Source of the DNA: a virus
Lineage: Duplodnaviria > Caudoviricetes
Strand: one strand, 5' to 3'
Length of the DNA: 64,000 bases
IMG/VR virus record: IMGVR_UViG_3300021399_003599
The position numbers and the translations under genes were made by a program. This document shows, in pieces, positions 44,844-55,169 of the stretch (position 1 is its first letter; each line of letters starts with the position of its first letter). The notes beneath the pieces are model-generated. The model saw nothing but the letters and a program-made list of their open reading frames with translations. It ran no database searches and was not told where the DNA came from.

Positions 44844-45347
44844 CTAATTTAACTTAAAGAATTTTAGCCTTTTAGGTTTTGCTATTGGAGTTGGTTTAAT
44901 TGTAAGTTTAATTGAATCAGATAAATTTTGTTTAACAACTTGATAATCAATATCTTTATTTAATTTTTTATTCTCAGCTTGATTTTTATAATACTGGTAT
45001 GCTTCTCCAAATACATAATCTAAAATAGCTATACCACCATTTGCTTTTTCTGGACCACCTTGACGAACTTCAACCCAATACTTTAAAGCTTGGTAAATTT
45101 CTTCGGGAGTCTTACCTTCTTTAATAAAATGTCTATATTGTATATTATATTTTCCTATATTTAAACTATCTCCTAACCATTTAGAAGCTAGTTCAAAAGT
45201 TTGTTTTTTAATTACTTCAATCTGTCCTTGATTTTCTGCACAAGTTTTATGAGCATATCTTTTCGCGGAAACCTGCACATATTCAGTTTCTTCTCTTCTA
45301 AAGCTTTCTCCGCAATAAAGACATTTAACTGGAGCTAGTCTTGCCAT
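44844..45347 (-). CDS. zinc-finger replication-associated protein
   Basis: CLYC...HKTC; directly upstream of helicase. Confidence 0.65.
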   Translation of the reverse strand: MARLAPVKCLYCGESFRREETEYVQVSAKRYAHKTCAENQGQIEVIKKQTFELASKWLGDSLNIGKYNIQYRHFIKEGKTPEEIYQALKYWVEVRQGGPEKANGGIAILDYVFGEAYQYYKNQAENKKLNKDIDYQVVKQNLSDSIKLTIKPTPIAKPKRLKFFKLN

Positions 45348-45455
45348 TATACCTCCTTAAAATATATTCTAATAAATTATAACATAATTTAAAGAAGTCG
45401 TCAAACAAAAAAGGTCTACCTTTCAGATAGAAAGGTAGACCCAAGAGAAAAGGTA

Positions 45456-46457
45456 TTATAGTCCGTTACCTACTTGTTCAACAAGTTCATTATAACATAC
45501 TTCAAGAAGTTCTACCTGATCAGGAGTAAGATCACTAACTCGCTTACCCTTACCAAGTACTCGATTTGTAATTTCTACAATCTTAGGAGCCCAAACAGTT
45601 GAGAACTTATCTCCAGTAGCTCCTTGAATCTTCTTAACAAGAGTACTAAAATCAGTCTTTAGCTGATCAAAATCAGGCTTTTCTTCAGTATAAATTTCAG
45701 CTTTCTTATCAGTAACAAACTGTCCATTATTAGCTTCTGCTTCTTTATCGATGGCGTCACCAATAGCATCAACAAGATTTTGGTAATTAAATTCAATCAC
45801 GTTAGGAGTGAATCTAAATCTTGATCCAGCAACAAAACGAGGAGTTCCGCGCATAAAGAGCATAGTCTTTACTTCTCCATCTTCATTCTGAATTGGGTGC
45901 GCGTAACCGATAATGTCTGCCATACGGTCAACAACAAGTCGAGGACTATTGCTCAACGTAGGTACAATTTGATTGTACTCATTTCCATTCTCGTCCTTGA
46001 AAGTTTTATCTTGAGCATGGCTAATCATAATTAGACCATAACCCATTTGCGGGATCGACCTTAAAGCTTCATCAAACTCTCGACGAGCTTGAGCATAACC
46101 TCCGCCATAAGGTACGTCCGCAATTTTATCTTTCTCATTCTGTTGACAGATATATTTCTCGCAAAGATCATAAGCAATATCCGCGGTATCTACAATAACA
46201 TTTTCATACATTTGATGCGCTTCATCGCTTTTAAGCTGCTTTAAAATATTTTTAAACTCAGACCATCTTGTAACAGGAGTTGCCATAACATTAGGTAGGG
46301 CTAGGTAACCAATTTCAAAACCTAGAAGAAGAGCTTTATTAAATTTTGACGCAATGGTTGTTTTTCCAGTCTTTGGAGCTCCGTAAAATAAAATTGTATA
46401 GCCCTTTAGATCTCTAGAGATTTCGTGTGGTTGAATTTTTAAAATATCAATAGCCAT
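45456..46457 (-). CDS. AAA_24/Sak4-like ATPase
   Basis: YGAPKTGKTT; IVDT; YGGGY; ISH; DIIGY. Confidence 0.85.
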   Translation of the reverse strand: MAIDILKIQPHEISRDLKGYTILFYGAPKTGKTTIASKFNKALLLGFEIGYLALPNVMATPVTRWSEFKNILKQLKSDEAHQMYENVIVDTADIAYDLCEKYICQQNEKDKIADVPYGGGYAQARREFDEALRSIPQMGYGLIMISHAQDKTFKDENGNEYNQIVPTLSNSPRLVVDRMADIIGYAHPIQNEDGEVKTMLFMRGTPRFVAGSRFRFTPNVIEFNYQNLVDAIGDAIDKEAEANNGQFVTDKKAEIYTEEKPDFDQLKTDFSTLVKKIQGATGDKFSTVWAPKIVEITNRVLGKGKRVSDLTPDQVELLEVCYNELVEQVGNGL

Positions 46458-46502
46458 TTGTGCTCCTTTCTAATTAATTAAAATAATTAAATAATTAATT
46501 AA

Positions 46503-47429
46503 TTAGAATTCAAAATTAGCCATTGAAGTCGGGGCAGCCTTCTGCTTAGGCTTCTCATCAAAAGGAAGCTCCGAAGTAAAGCTATTGCCTCCCCTATTTG
46601 CCTGATATTCATCATGACGCTGCTTTACGTCAGCAAGATGTTCCTGACGAGCCTGCATCTTCGCCTTAAACTCTTCCTGAGTAATTGTGTCTTCGTCCCA
46701 AAGATCCATCTGAGTTACAGCGCAACCAACAATATCCCATGAACGGACAGTTCTAGTAGAAACATTTACACTAGGAGCACCCCAAGCAGATTCAACTTCC
46801 TGCTTAGTCTCAATTGTTGTTGAGATAATATTGCCCCAGAGATTAGTTAACATAGGATTCGCGTTAGAAATATCTTCATCCTGGAAATACTTAATACCAC
46901 CCTTATCACGGACATTAAAGTCTACAGGGACAAGATCGTTGCGGAAGTTAAAGACATAGCCACGAATAGTTAGATAATCATCGCCATCTTCCACTTCCTT
47001 CTCAGCGGTTCCCGCAATCAGCATATCAACATCAAAATTAGCTCCAAAGTTTGGAGTTCCAGTCAGCTCATGGATAAATCCACCTTCAGGACGCTTAGCT
47101 GATACCATATTGCCGTCACGACCAATAAAGTCATTAATTCCAATAGCAGAATCAATTCTAACCTTCATTGCATTCTGACCATCAGACTGATAAGTAGGAG
47201 CACCATTAATCAGCTTCATCATAATAGGCCACTTGCTATTCGCGGTGCCGCTGTTAAAAGTCTCTGTCTCATAAATATATGAAACTGAAACTACATTCAT
47301 TGCATTTTCATCAACTGCAACTTGAATATCTCCACGAATATACTCTACACCCTTCGCGGAGACTCGCTTCTCTAGAGTATGACCAAAAACATAACCTTCA
47401 ACATGAACAGTATTCTTAAAATTTCGCAT
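46503..47429 (-). CDS. putative ssDNA-binding protein
   Basis: beta-rich, acidic C-terminal ELPF motif; next to Sak4-like gene. Confidence 0.6.
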   Translation of the reverse strand: MRNFKNTVHVEGYVFGHTLEKRVSAKGVEYIRGDIQVAVDENAMNVVSVSYIYETETFNSGTANSKWPIMMKLINGAPTYQSDGQNAMKVRIDSAIGINDFIGRDGNMVSAKRPEGGFIHELTGTPNFGANFDVDMLIAGTAEKEVEDGDDYLTIRGYVFNFRNDLVPVDFNVRDKGGIKYFQDEDISNANPMLTNLWGNIISTTIETKQEVESAWGAPSVNVSTRTVRSWDIVGCAVTQMDLWDEDTITQEEFKAKMQARQEHLADVKQRHDEYQANRGGNSFTSELPFDEKPKQKAAPTSMANFEF

Positions 47430-47497
47430 TAAAATCCTCTTTCTATATTCTCATTAAGTCAAATAATATAATATCATAAAAATTTTATTTAGTCAAA

Positions 47498-48172
47498 TTA
47501 AACTTCTTTAGCAGGATAACGTCCGCAGCTATATTCCTCTGCGCAGTATCCGTATTTATCACACTTACAAATCATAATCATATCGCATAAAGTGTTCCAT
47601 TCGTATGAATACTCAGAAAGAGCTTCAATAAGATCATGCATTAGATCCCGATATTCACTATACGCTCGAGTGCACAAACGCTGATTAGCCATATTCTCTA
47701 AAGTTCTAGCATTCATATGGACACTTGTTCCGCTATGCATTCCAAGAGGTAGGATATTTGCGGCGTCCTCTTTAGAAATACCTAGTTGTAGTAGCTCTTT
47801 AAAGTTTTCCTGAATTGAATCCATCGCAGCGAGATAATGCTTTGATGCTTCTTTATTATCTGCAATCGCTGTAGGTACATAATAAGTAAAGTCTGAATAA
47901 TTAATATAACGTGTTGACTCTTGGACACGAGTAGGCGCTCCGCCAATATGAGTATAAAATTCTCGAATCACTCTAGCAGAATAATTTTGAAGCATAAAGA
48001 ATGCATCTGCAAATTCTAGCACTCTACCATGACCAGCTTTAATACAATTAATTCCTCGTTTATAGTTTTTCTCTTGATTAGACACATCTGATCCATAACA
48101 AAGACCAATCATTTTACCAATAGTTGATATGGGATGTGTATTTGTTTCTTCCTGAATTATTACCTGACCCAT
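47498..48172 (-). CDS. thyX: FAD-dependent thymidylate synthase
   Basis: GHGRVLEF; QESTRY; EDAANILP; MNAR; RLCTRA. Confidence 0.88.
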   Translation of the reverse strand: MGQVIIQEETNTHPISTIGKMIGLCYGSDVSNQEKNYKRGINCIKAGHGRVLEFADAFFMLQNYSARVIREFYTHIGGAPTRVQESTRYINYSDFTYYVPTAIADNKEASKHYLAAMDSIQENFKELLQLGISKEDAANILPLGMHSGTSVHMNARTLENMANQRLCTRAYSEYRDLMHDLIEALSEYSYEWNTLCDMIMICKCDKYGYCAEEYSCGRYPAKEV

Positions 48173-49107
48173 TATTTATTTCCCTTCGTAATATTATAAC
48201 CGCTTGTATCACTTTGATATAAACCAATGAAATATTTTTCTTTTGCATTTAATTCAGAAGAAGAACAGGCTTCAATTAATTCAAAGGCAAAATTCTGTAT
48301 TCCATATCGTTGAATAGCTTGGTATAATTTATTTGTTACACTTGCTTCAGTTGCGCCAACGCCTGCTTTAATGTGCTCTGAAAATCTATCTTTAATATTA
48401 ACACTTTGTCCAATGTAGCATTCTTGAGTTAAAATATTCGTTATCTTATAAATGCCGCAAACTTTATCTGATGTTTTTAATCTTGCCGCGCAGAAATTAT
48501 TCATCTTCTTTTGGATGAATACACTCCATATTACTTTTCCAAGAGCAGTTGGATAATTTAATTGTGAGCGGAGATCGTTAAGTAATTTTATATCATGAAG
48601 CTCCTGTGCGGAAAACGGTATACAAAAATCTTCTGGTTTACTTTGTAACTCCGCTTCCTTTTTTAAGGCTTCAATTGCGGCCTTACGTGTTGCTTTTAAG
48701 GAATCAAGTTCTGATTGAATAAAAGTTTTTTGTATACCTGCATTAAGTCTTGCATTGTGAACTTCTTCATCGATTGACGCAATTTCTTCATCAGCTTCTT
48801 TTTGGCGGCTTTCTACTAAGTTGTGTATAACAGTTATATCATGATTAAGAGTTTCTCTATGAGATAACTGCGCTCTTGCGAATTTCTTTTCTTCTTCTTC
48901 AGTTTCATCTTTTATTAATTTTTGTTGCTCATAAAGAAGAGATATTGATGTGTTTAAAAGATTTAATTGAGATTGTAATTCTTGCTGCTCTTGCCGCAAA
49001 GGCTCATTATCAATATACTCTTGAGTTGTTTTTGCGCGCTTACCAAAATAATAACCAACAATACAAAAAACGACTATTAATATAATTAAAATAATTTCAA
49101 TTATCAC
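48172..49107 (-). CDS. membrane-anchored coiled-coil protein with C-terminal GIY-YIG nuclease
   Basis: N-terminal TM; GIYKITN...YIGQS...R..EH...E...GYN. Confidence 0.85.
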   Translation of the reverse strand: MIIEIILIILIVVFCIVGYYFGKRAKTTQEYIDNEPLRQEQQELQSQLNLLNTSISLLYEQQKLIKDETEEEEKKFARAQLSHRETLNHDITVIHNLVESRQKEADEEIASIDEEVHNARLNAGIQKTFIQSELDSLKATRKAAIEALKKEAELQSKPEDFCIPFSAQELHDIKLLNDLRSQLNYPTALGKVIWSVFIQKKMNNFCAARLKTSDKVCGIYKITNILTQECYIGQSVNIKDRFSEHIKAGVGATEASVTNKLYQAIQRYGIQNFAFELIEACSSSELNAKEKYFIGLYQSDTSGYNITKGNK

Positions 49108-49179
49108 ATGAGCACTCCTATAAAAAAAAGGAGGGCGTAATTAAACACCCTCCTTTCAAAAGTTAATATTAGTTAATAA

Positions 49180-49446
49180 TTACTCAGCGTCCTCAGACTC
49201 AGGCTTCTCCATATCGGGATCGATGTTCTCACCCAGAGAAGTGCAACGAATAACCTTCTTCTCAATACCATCAATCTCTACACGCTCAACAAAGCCCTTC
49301 TTCTGAAGGCCAGTGGCGATACCATTGATCTGACGGCTGGTGAACTCAAGGGCCTCAGCCAGATCATCAGCGGTTAGATTAGCATTGGGGTTATTCTGAA
49401 GATAACGAAGGACCGCAGCGGAATTCTCAGTAAGTAGACGAGCCAT
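49180..49446 (-). CDS. winged-helix DNA-binding protein
   Basis: LTADDLAEAL...LQKKGFVER; AAGGAG SD before ATG 49446. Confidence 0.75.
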   Translation of the reverse strand: MARLLTENSAAVLRYLQNNPNANLTADDLAEALEFTSRQINGIATGLQKKGFVERVEIDGIEKKVIRCTSLGENIDPDMEKPESEDAE

Positions 49447-49560
49447 AACACATTCTCCTTTTCCGAAAGCATTTGCTTTCAAACCGTGAGGGGGTTCTTC
49501 CCCTCTTAACTAATTTACAAACATATTATATATTATTATTTTTTAAAAAGCAAATTATTT

Positions 49561-50598
49561 TTATAATTCGCTCAACTTACAATCTTGAGCAGACTTGTCA
49601 GGACGCATCTGCTTAAAGAAAGGATGGCGCATAACGTATTGATTTGCGGCAATACCTAGTTCCATACATTGAAAAGACGCAACCTTATTTAAATAATTTT
49701 CTGGATGCTCCGCCATATCACTCTTCATAAAATCAGTGATACCTGATGATACTGTTCCTATTGGAATAAGCTTGTTATTATCATCATAAGCAGAAACTTC
49801 TACAGCATTTTTCCAACCAAAGAACGCAGCTTTGGTAATTGGAATACCATCACTATTTACATAAGGCCAATGTTCAGAATCTTTACCAGCATAATAGTAT
49901 TCAGGATCAAGTAACTTAGTAATTACGAGGTCAATGTCATCCTTCTCCTTTTTTACTTTAAAGTTATCCATAGGACGCTTATCTGGCATATATTTCCCGG
50001 TGATTAGCTTTGCTACAATTCCCTCTCCTCCTCTTGCAAAGATTGTATTTAATACCTCATTTAAATCTCCATCTTCCTTACTATAAGCTTGGAGAAGATG
50101 AATATTATCTCTGAACGAAATCTTACTTAACATATTATATCTTTCTTTAAAAGTTTTGTCAAGTAAAATTTCATTATCATATTGAATACAATCATGTACA
50201 TAATAGTGAATCCAGGGTAATGTACCTCGTTCCTGGCGCCGGACAGCTTCGGGTCCCTTGCATCCCATAATTTTTGTGGCGTCGTTGCTATGCCCCCCAG
50301 GGTATGCAATCTCGCCAATAAGCGTTGTATTGTTAGGAACATATTCTTCTGCCCAGCGCACAATATGCGGAACGTTTTCAGCTTTATTTAAATAAAACTT
50401 TGTTACAGTAGAGGGAGATCTACCAAAAAGGTAAACTTGATTATCTTCTTTCATAAGCTGGAACCAAGCACCGTCAATTTTTTCTTGAATTAAATAATTA
50501 CCACTATTTAAGCGTTGCTCAATAACAGATGGTGTCGGCTGCTTATAAATTTTCATAGCTGGTATAACATCAATACCGGGAAATAATTCTGACTGCAT
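49561..50598 (-). CDS. ATP-dependent DNA ligase
   Basis: EKIDG; LIGE; EGIVAK; KVK; OB-fold GTVSSG, RHPFF..RPDK. Confidence 0.9.
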   Translation of the reverse strand: MQSELFPGIDVIPAMKIYKQPTPSVIEQRLNSGNYLIQEKIDGAWFQLMKEDNQVYLFGRSPSTVTKFYLNKAENVPHIVRWAEEYVPNNTTLIGEIAYPGGHSNDATKIMGCKGPEAVRRQERGTLPWIHYYVHDCIQYDNEILLDKTFKERYNMLSKISFRDNIHLLQAYSKEDGDLNEVLNTIFARGGEGIVAKLITGKYMPDKRPMDNFKVKKEKDDIDLVITKLLDPEYYYAGKDSEHWPYVNSDGIPITKAAFFGWKNAVEVSAYDDNNKLIPIGTVSSGITDFMKSDMAEHPENYLNKVASFQCMELGIAANQYVMRHPFFKQMRPDKSAQDCKLSEL

Positions 50599-50656
50599 AT
50601 AATATCCTTTCGTTAATTATTAAAGATATTATATATTAATTTTTTTATTCCGTCAA

Positions 50657-52759
50657 CTAAATTTTTATACCTACTCCATTACGATGTTGCCGCACAATTT
50701 TCTTAGCAGCATTAGGAAGTAACACTTCTGCTTTAACAATATATTCATTCTCTTTTAGATTCATTGCTTGTAAGCCAGAAGCAACTTTTCCTTGTGTGGT
50801 AATTTCATCAGAACTAAAACAAATGTAGTGAGTATTAGAAGTTAACATTACATCTTCTTCATCCAATAGAAGGTAAGTAAGTAATGAATCTCCTTCTTTA
50901 AACTTAATTGCGGGAGCGCCTTTAAGGTTGCGAGTAACACCTGCATAATCCTGAATAGCAGTTTTCTTCGCTTTACCCTTTTTAGTAATAAACATTATAT
51001 ATTTATTTTTTATATTGTCAAGATCGCAGATAAAAATAATTTTTTCGTTATCTCCTAGTTGAAGAATACTGCCTGCGGCAGCACCCTTATCGCGGGGCCC
51101 GCACATAGGAATATCTTTACCCGTTAATCTATATACTTTTCCTGCGTCAGAAAAAGCATAAAACATGCTCAAAGTTGTAATTGGAATTGCGAAAAGATTA
51201 TCTGTTAAATTCTTATACTGCGTCTTAGGAATATTCCTGAAATAGCCATTCTTAGTTAAACAGACAACAACATCTTGAGCTATCTCTTTCTGTTTTTCTG
51301 CTGTAGCGTTTCGCGCAATCTGCTTCTGCTCAACCTTAGTGCGGCGAGCATCACCAAACTTAGAGCTTACCTCTTGGAACTTCTTAATCATTTCTTGCTT
51401 TAGCAGATCATCAGACCCAAGAATAGCTTCAACAATTGCGATTCGCGCAAGTAGTTGATCTCTTTCTTCAATGAATTTATCAATTTCAAGTTTAGCTAAA
51501 CGAGATAGCTTCATATCAAGGATAGCTTTAGCTTGCTCTTCATCAATCTCAAGTAATTTTTGAAGATTAATATTTGCTTCTTTAGTGCTTGCGGAGCCCT
51601 TAATGATATTAATAACTTCATTGATATTATTAATTGCTTTAATAATTGCTTCTACAATTTTTAAACGATGCTTAAGATTTGCTAGTTCTTCCTTATAAAG
51701 ATTAATATAAACTGTTTTTTCATGATTAAGGTGCGCAAGAAGAGCCTGTCTCCAACCAAACACTTTTGGAAAACGTCCATCTTCAAGCATAGTCATATTA
51801 ATACTATACGACTTCTGTAGAGAGGTATTAGCATATAAGAATTGTTTAATAAAATCTTGATCTATTCCTTTGTCAAGATAAATTTTAATACAAACATCTT
51901 CGCCTGTAAGATCGTTAATACCAATAATTCCTAGCGCGGAGTTATCCTCGACTAACTTCGCAACCTCTCCACAAATAGTATTAGTGTAAACTCCATAAGG
52001 TAGTTCTGTAACGACTAATGCATGTTCTTTTTTATCATATTCAATTGTAGCTTGAAGCACGCAAGCACTACCCTTACCGGCTTTCAAACTTGCGGCGACT
52101 TCTGCTTTATTAATAATAGTAGCTCCAGTAGCGAAATCTGGATAGCATAAAATTTCATCATCAGAAATTTTATCGTCTTTAAGTAATGCAATTAAAGCAT
52201 TATTAACCTCAGTTAAATTAAACTGAGGAATGCTTGACGCAAGACCAACAGCAATTCCTGTTGACCCATTTACAATATTATAAAATCCAAGAGAAGAAAG
52301 AACCCTTGGATATTGTTCAGTGTCATCATAATTATCTATCCATTCATCAATGGTAGCTTTATTCGTATCTTGTAATAGATAATTAGAAATTTGAGATAGA
52401 CGAGAAGAAGTATAACGACTTGCCGCCCAGTTACCTGTTTCAGTTAGCGTACCATAAGAACCTTCTATTTCAATAAGCGGATACCGCATAGCGAATGGCT
52501 GACCGGATCGCATGATAATACCTTCGCAAGAAGCATCTCCATGAATATAAAAACGCATAGCCGATCCAATAGCCTTGAGTGTTTTCTTAAAAGGTTTATC
52601 CGCAGTAAACTTATCTGTAAAAAGACTATAATACACCTGTCGCGCGGATGGCTTAACGCAATCTCGTACATCAACAAGAGCTCGTGATTGAATAACAGCT
52701 CCGGCATATTGAGTAAAAGATTGTTTGATTACATCTTCAAACTCTAATACTTCGTTCAT
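50657..52759 (-). CDS. type IIA topoisomerase subunit A (GyrA/ParC-like)
   Basis: RALVDVRD; HGD; AASRYT; NGSTGIAVG. Confidence 0.93.
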   Translation of the reverse strand: MNEVLEFEDVIKQSFTQYAGAVIQSRALVDVRDCVKPSARQVYYSLFTDKFTADKPFKKTLKAIGSAMRFYIHGDASCEGIIMRSGQPFAMRYPLIEIEGSYGTLTETGNWAASRYTSSRLSQISNYLLQDTNKATIDEWIDNYDDTEQYPRVLSSLGFYNIVNGSTGIAVGLASSIPQFNLTEVNNALIALLKDDKISDDEILCYPDFATGATIINKAEVAASLKAGKGSACVLQATIEYDKKEHALVVTELPYGVYTNTICGEVAKLVEDNSALGIIGINDLTGEDVCIKIYLDKGIDQDFIKQFLYANTSLQKSYSINMTMLEDGRFPKVFGWRQALLAHLNHEKTVYINLYKEELANLKHRLKIVEAIIKAINNINEVINIIKGSASTKEANINLQKLLEIDEEQAKAILDMKLSRLAKLEIDKFIEERDQLLARIAIVEAILGSDDLLKQEMIKKFQEVSSKFGDARRTKVEQKQIARNATAEKQKEIAQDVVVCLTKNGYFRNIPKTQYKNLTDNLFAIPITTLSMFYAFSDAGKVYRLTGKDIPMCGPRDKGAAAGSILQLGDNEKIIFICDLDNIKNKYIMFITKKGKAKKTAIQDYAGVTRNLKGAPAIKFKEGDSLLTYLLLDEEDVMLTSNTHYICFSSDEITTQGKVASGLQAMNLKENEYIVKAEVLLPNAAKKIVRQHRNGVGIKI

Positions 52760-52760
52760 A

Positions 52761-54617
52761 TTACTCCCTTACTTGGCTGAAATCGATCTTATTAAACACG
52801 AACTCTTTGCGGGCAACGCCTGAGCTGCCCATCAAATCTTCAAGAAGTTTAGTTGCTTGTTTAGTTGGATTAAGAATATCCATTCGTTGATTCTTACCAA
52901 ACATAGACGCTTTAGCTTGGTCCGCGCTCAACGAACCCAAACCCTTGTTACGTTGTACCTCACCATTAATCGTCCCACGAGCAGCATCCATCTCTTCATC
53001 AGTGAAATAATATTCTTCACCTTTCTTTGTCTTTACAATATAGAGCGGTGACCGCAACCAACATAGACGCTGTTCCTCAATAAAATCAGGACAGAAATGT
53101 TGAAGTGCGGTCGCAATTAGAAGAGCGATATGATATCCATCGCTGTCTGAGTCTGTACAAATAGCAACTCGGCCATAACGCAACTCTGTAGGATCATAAT
53201 TATTAGGCGTGATATTAAGTGCCTTTAGTAAAAGCTGAATTTCTTCATTCTTACTTAACTTTTCATCGCTATTGGAAAAAGCATTAATTAGCTTACCGCG
53301 CAACATTAGAATCCCATATTTCTTTCTATCTCGAGCAACCGCCATACTCGCTCCAGCAGAAAGACCTTCTACGACCAAGAGAGTGGAATCTTGTCCAAGG
53401 TACTCAGCATCCTTTAATTTATCTGGATGAAGAATTTTAATTTTACTAGTAGCTTTTTTCGCTTTTCCTTCTCGTACCGCTTCTCGAGCTTTCTTTGCGG
53501 CTTCTGCTGCTTTGCGCGCAATGATCGCTTTCTCTAGGATAATCTTACCTTCATTTGGATTATTATCTAGCCAAATCTCAAAAGCGTCACCAAAGTTTGA
53601 AGAAATAAAACTTGTATCAATTTTTGTAACATTTGTCTTTACTTGCGCGTCATACGCTACACCTTCTGCGGTGATATTACAAACAAGAACAAGCCCTTCT
53701 TGTAGAGCAGATCCTTCAAGATTTTTATCTTTTTCTTTAAGAATTCCTTGCTCTTTTGCCCATTTATTCAAGACTCTTGTCAAAGTACTTTTAATGCCTG
53801 TGATGTGCGGACCATTTGTAGTTAAGCCGCAATTAACATAAGCAGAAAATTCAGAAGAAGTTTTAGAAGTATAAGTTAAAGCTAAATCGATTTTCTGTTT
53901 ATCTTTTTGCTTTTGAACTACTAATGGTTTATTAATGATCTCAATACTATCACCAATATTTTTCTTTAATAGATCAATAATCCCATTATTATGTTCAATT
54001 AATTTATCATTGAAAATAATTTTTAACCCAGGACAAAGACAAGTGATATCTTCGCAAAAGTTATAAAGTTTCTTCTGATTAACTCTTGGATCTGTAAAGA
54101 ATTTTTCGCTTGGTTGAAATGTTACTTTTGTTCCATCAGGGATATCTTTTCCTGAAAACAACGTCCTTCCAACACAGACGCCTTCCTTAAAATTAACTGT
54201 TTCTCCTTGACCATCATGAAAACTATTAACAGTTAACCAATGGGAAAGAAAGTTAGCAAGCTTTGCGCCAATACCATTCAAACCAATTGCGGTACCTTCA
54301 TATACTCCATCATCACGATATTTACCAGAAGTATTAATTACGTCAAAAGAAGCTTGAAGGACACTTTCTCCATCTTCACGTATAACGTTAATAGGAAAAC
54401 CTTGTCCGTTATCCGCAATCATAACTTCTTTATCTGAAACATTTACATGAATAGTATCTCCATGTCCAATATTATATTCATCAATAGCATTACCAAGAAT
54501 TTCAATAGCTAGCTGGGTAGCATCAGCTGTATCTCCTACATACATACCTGGTCTAAGTCGAACATGCTCTAAAGGAGATAAACTTTCAATAGAATCTTTT
54601 GTATAAGTATTATTCAT
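52761..54617 (-). CDS. type IIA topoisomerase subunit B (GyrB/ParE-like)
   Basis: EHVRLRPGMY; DNGQG; VEGLSA; LRGK; DSDSDG; KGLG. Confidence 0.94.
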   Translation of the reverse strand: MNNTYTKDSIESLSPLEHVRLRPGMYVGDTADATQLAIEILGNAIDEYNIGHGDTIHVNVSDKEVMIADNGQGFPINVIREDGESVLQASFDVINTSGKYRDDGVYEGTAIGLNGIGAKLANFLSHWLTVNSFHDGQGETVNFKEGVCVGRTLFSGKDIPDGTKVTFQPSEKFFTDPRVNQKKLYNFCEDITCLCPGLKIIFNDKLIEHNNGIIDLLKKNIGDSIEIINKPLVVQKQKDKQKIDLALTYTSKTSSEFSAYVNCGLTTNGPHITGIKSTLTRVLNKWAKEQGILKEKDKNLEGSALQEGLVLVCNITAEGVAYDAQVKTNVTKIDTSFISSNFGDAFEIWLDNNPNEGKIILEKAIIARKAAEAAKKAREAVREGKAKKATSKIKILHPDKLKDAEYLGQDSTLLVVEGLSAGASMAVARDRKKYGILMLRGKLINAFSNSDEKLSKNEEIQLLLKALNITPNNYDPTELRYGRVAICTDSDSDGYHIALLIATALQHFCPDFIEEQRLCWLRSPLYIVKTKKGEEYYFTDEEMDAARGTINGEVQRNKGLGSLSADQAKASMFGKNQRMDILNPTKQATKLLEDLMGSSGVARKEFVFNKIDFSQVRE

Positions 54618-54639
54618 TAGACTCCTTTCTTTTATTTAT

Positions 54640-54845
54640 TTAATTATATAATATAAAAGAGATGTTGTCAAATGTTTTATTCTTATCATGAAACAATCGA
54701 TGTTTTGATATTATATAAAAATTTTTATTATTGTCAATTTATGTGCTTTCTTGACAAAATATAAAATAATATATAACTTATTAATAGATAATCACGGTCC
54801 TAAGAAAAACACTTGACAGTACATCTACTTTTATGATATAATATA
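54640..54845. promoter_or_regulatory. divergent promoter cluster (two leftward, two rightward TTGACA boxes)
   Basis: 54643-54671(-), 54710-54737(-), 54751(+), 54813-54842(+); very AT-rich. Confidence 0.7.
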
Positions 54846-54875
54846 TTTGTAAACAAAGAGGAAAGGAAAATAAAA

Positions 54876-55166
54876 ATGCTTATGAACAACCAGCCGAATC
54901 TTACTCTTGCAGCTTTTTGCGCGAATCTTGCTTATGTAGATATCGCATCATATGTGCAGATTACACTTGTTCTTCCAAACAAGACGATAAATAGTCGTGG
55001 TGACATGGAAGAGGAGTATGTTACTCTGGAGAAGGGAGCTACCGCACGAAACATTGCTATTTATGGACAGTGGTTTGTGACCTCAATTGATTTTACTGAC
55101 TCAGGATTTGATATTATTGTTGAAGCGAATCCCGCGTATCCTGTAACTTTTTATAACAAGGAGTAA
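54876..55166 (+). CDS. hypothetical protein
   Basis: SD; first gene after promoter. Confidence 0.7.
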   Translation: MLMNNQPNLTLAAFCANLAYVDIASYVQITLVLPNKTINSRGDMEEEYVTLEKGATARNIAIYGQWFVTSIDFTDSGFDIIVEANPAYPVTFYNKE

Positions 55167-55169
55167 GTA

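Noticed and set aside
33444-54617. Introns or inteins in nrdD, dnaE, dnaB and topoisomerase genes
   Set aside because: Protein lengths are ordinary, frames are uninterrupted and no intein terminal motifs were seen
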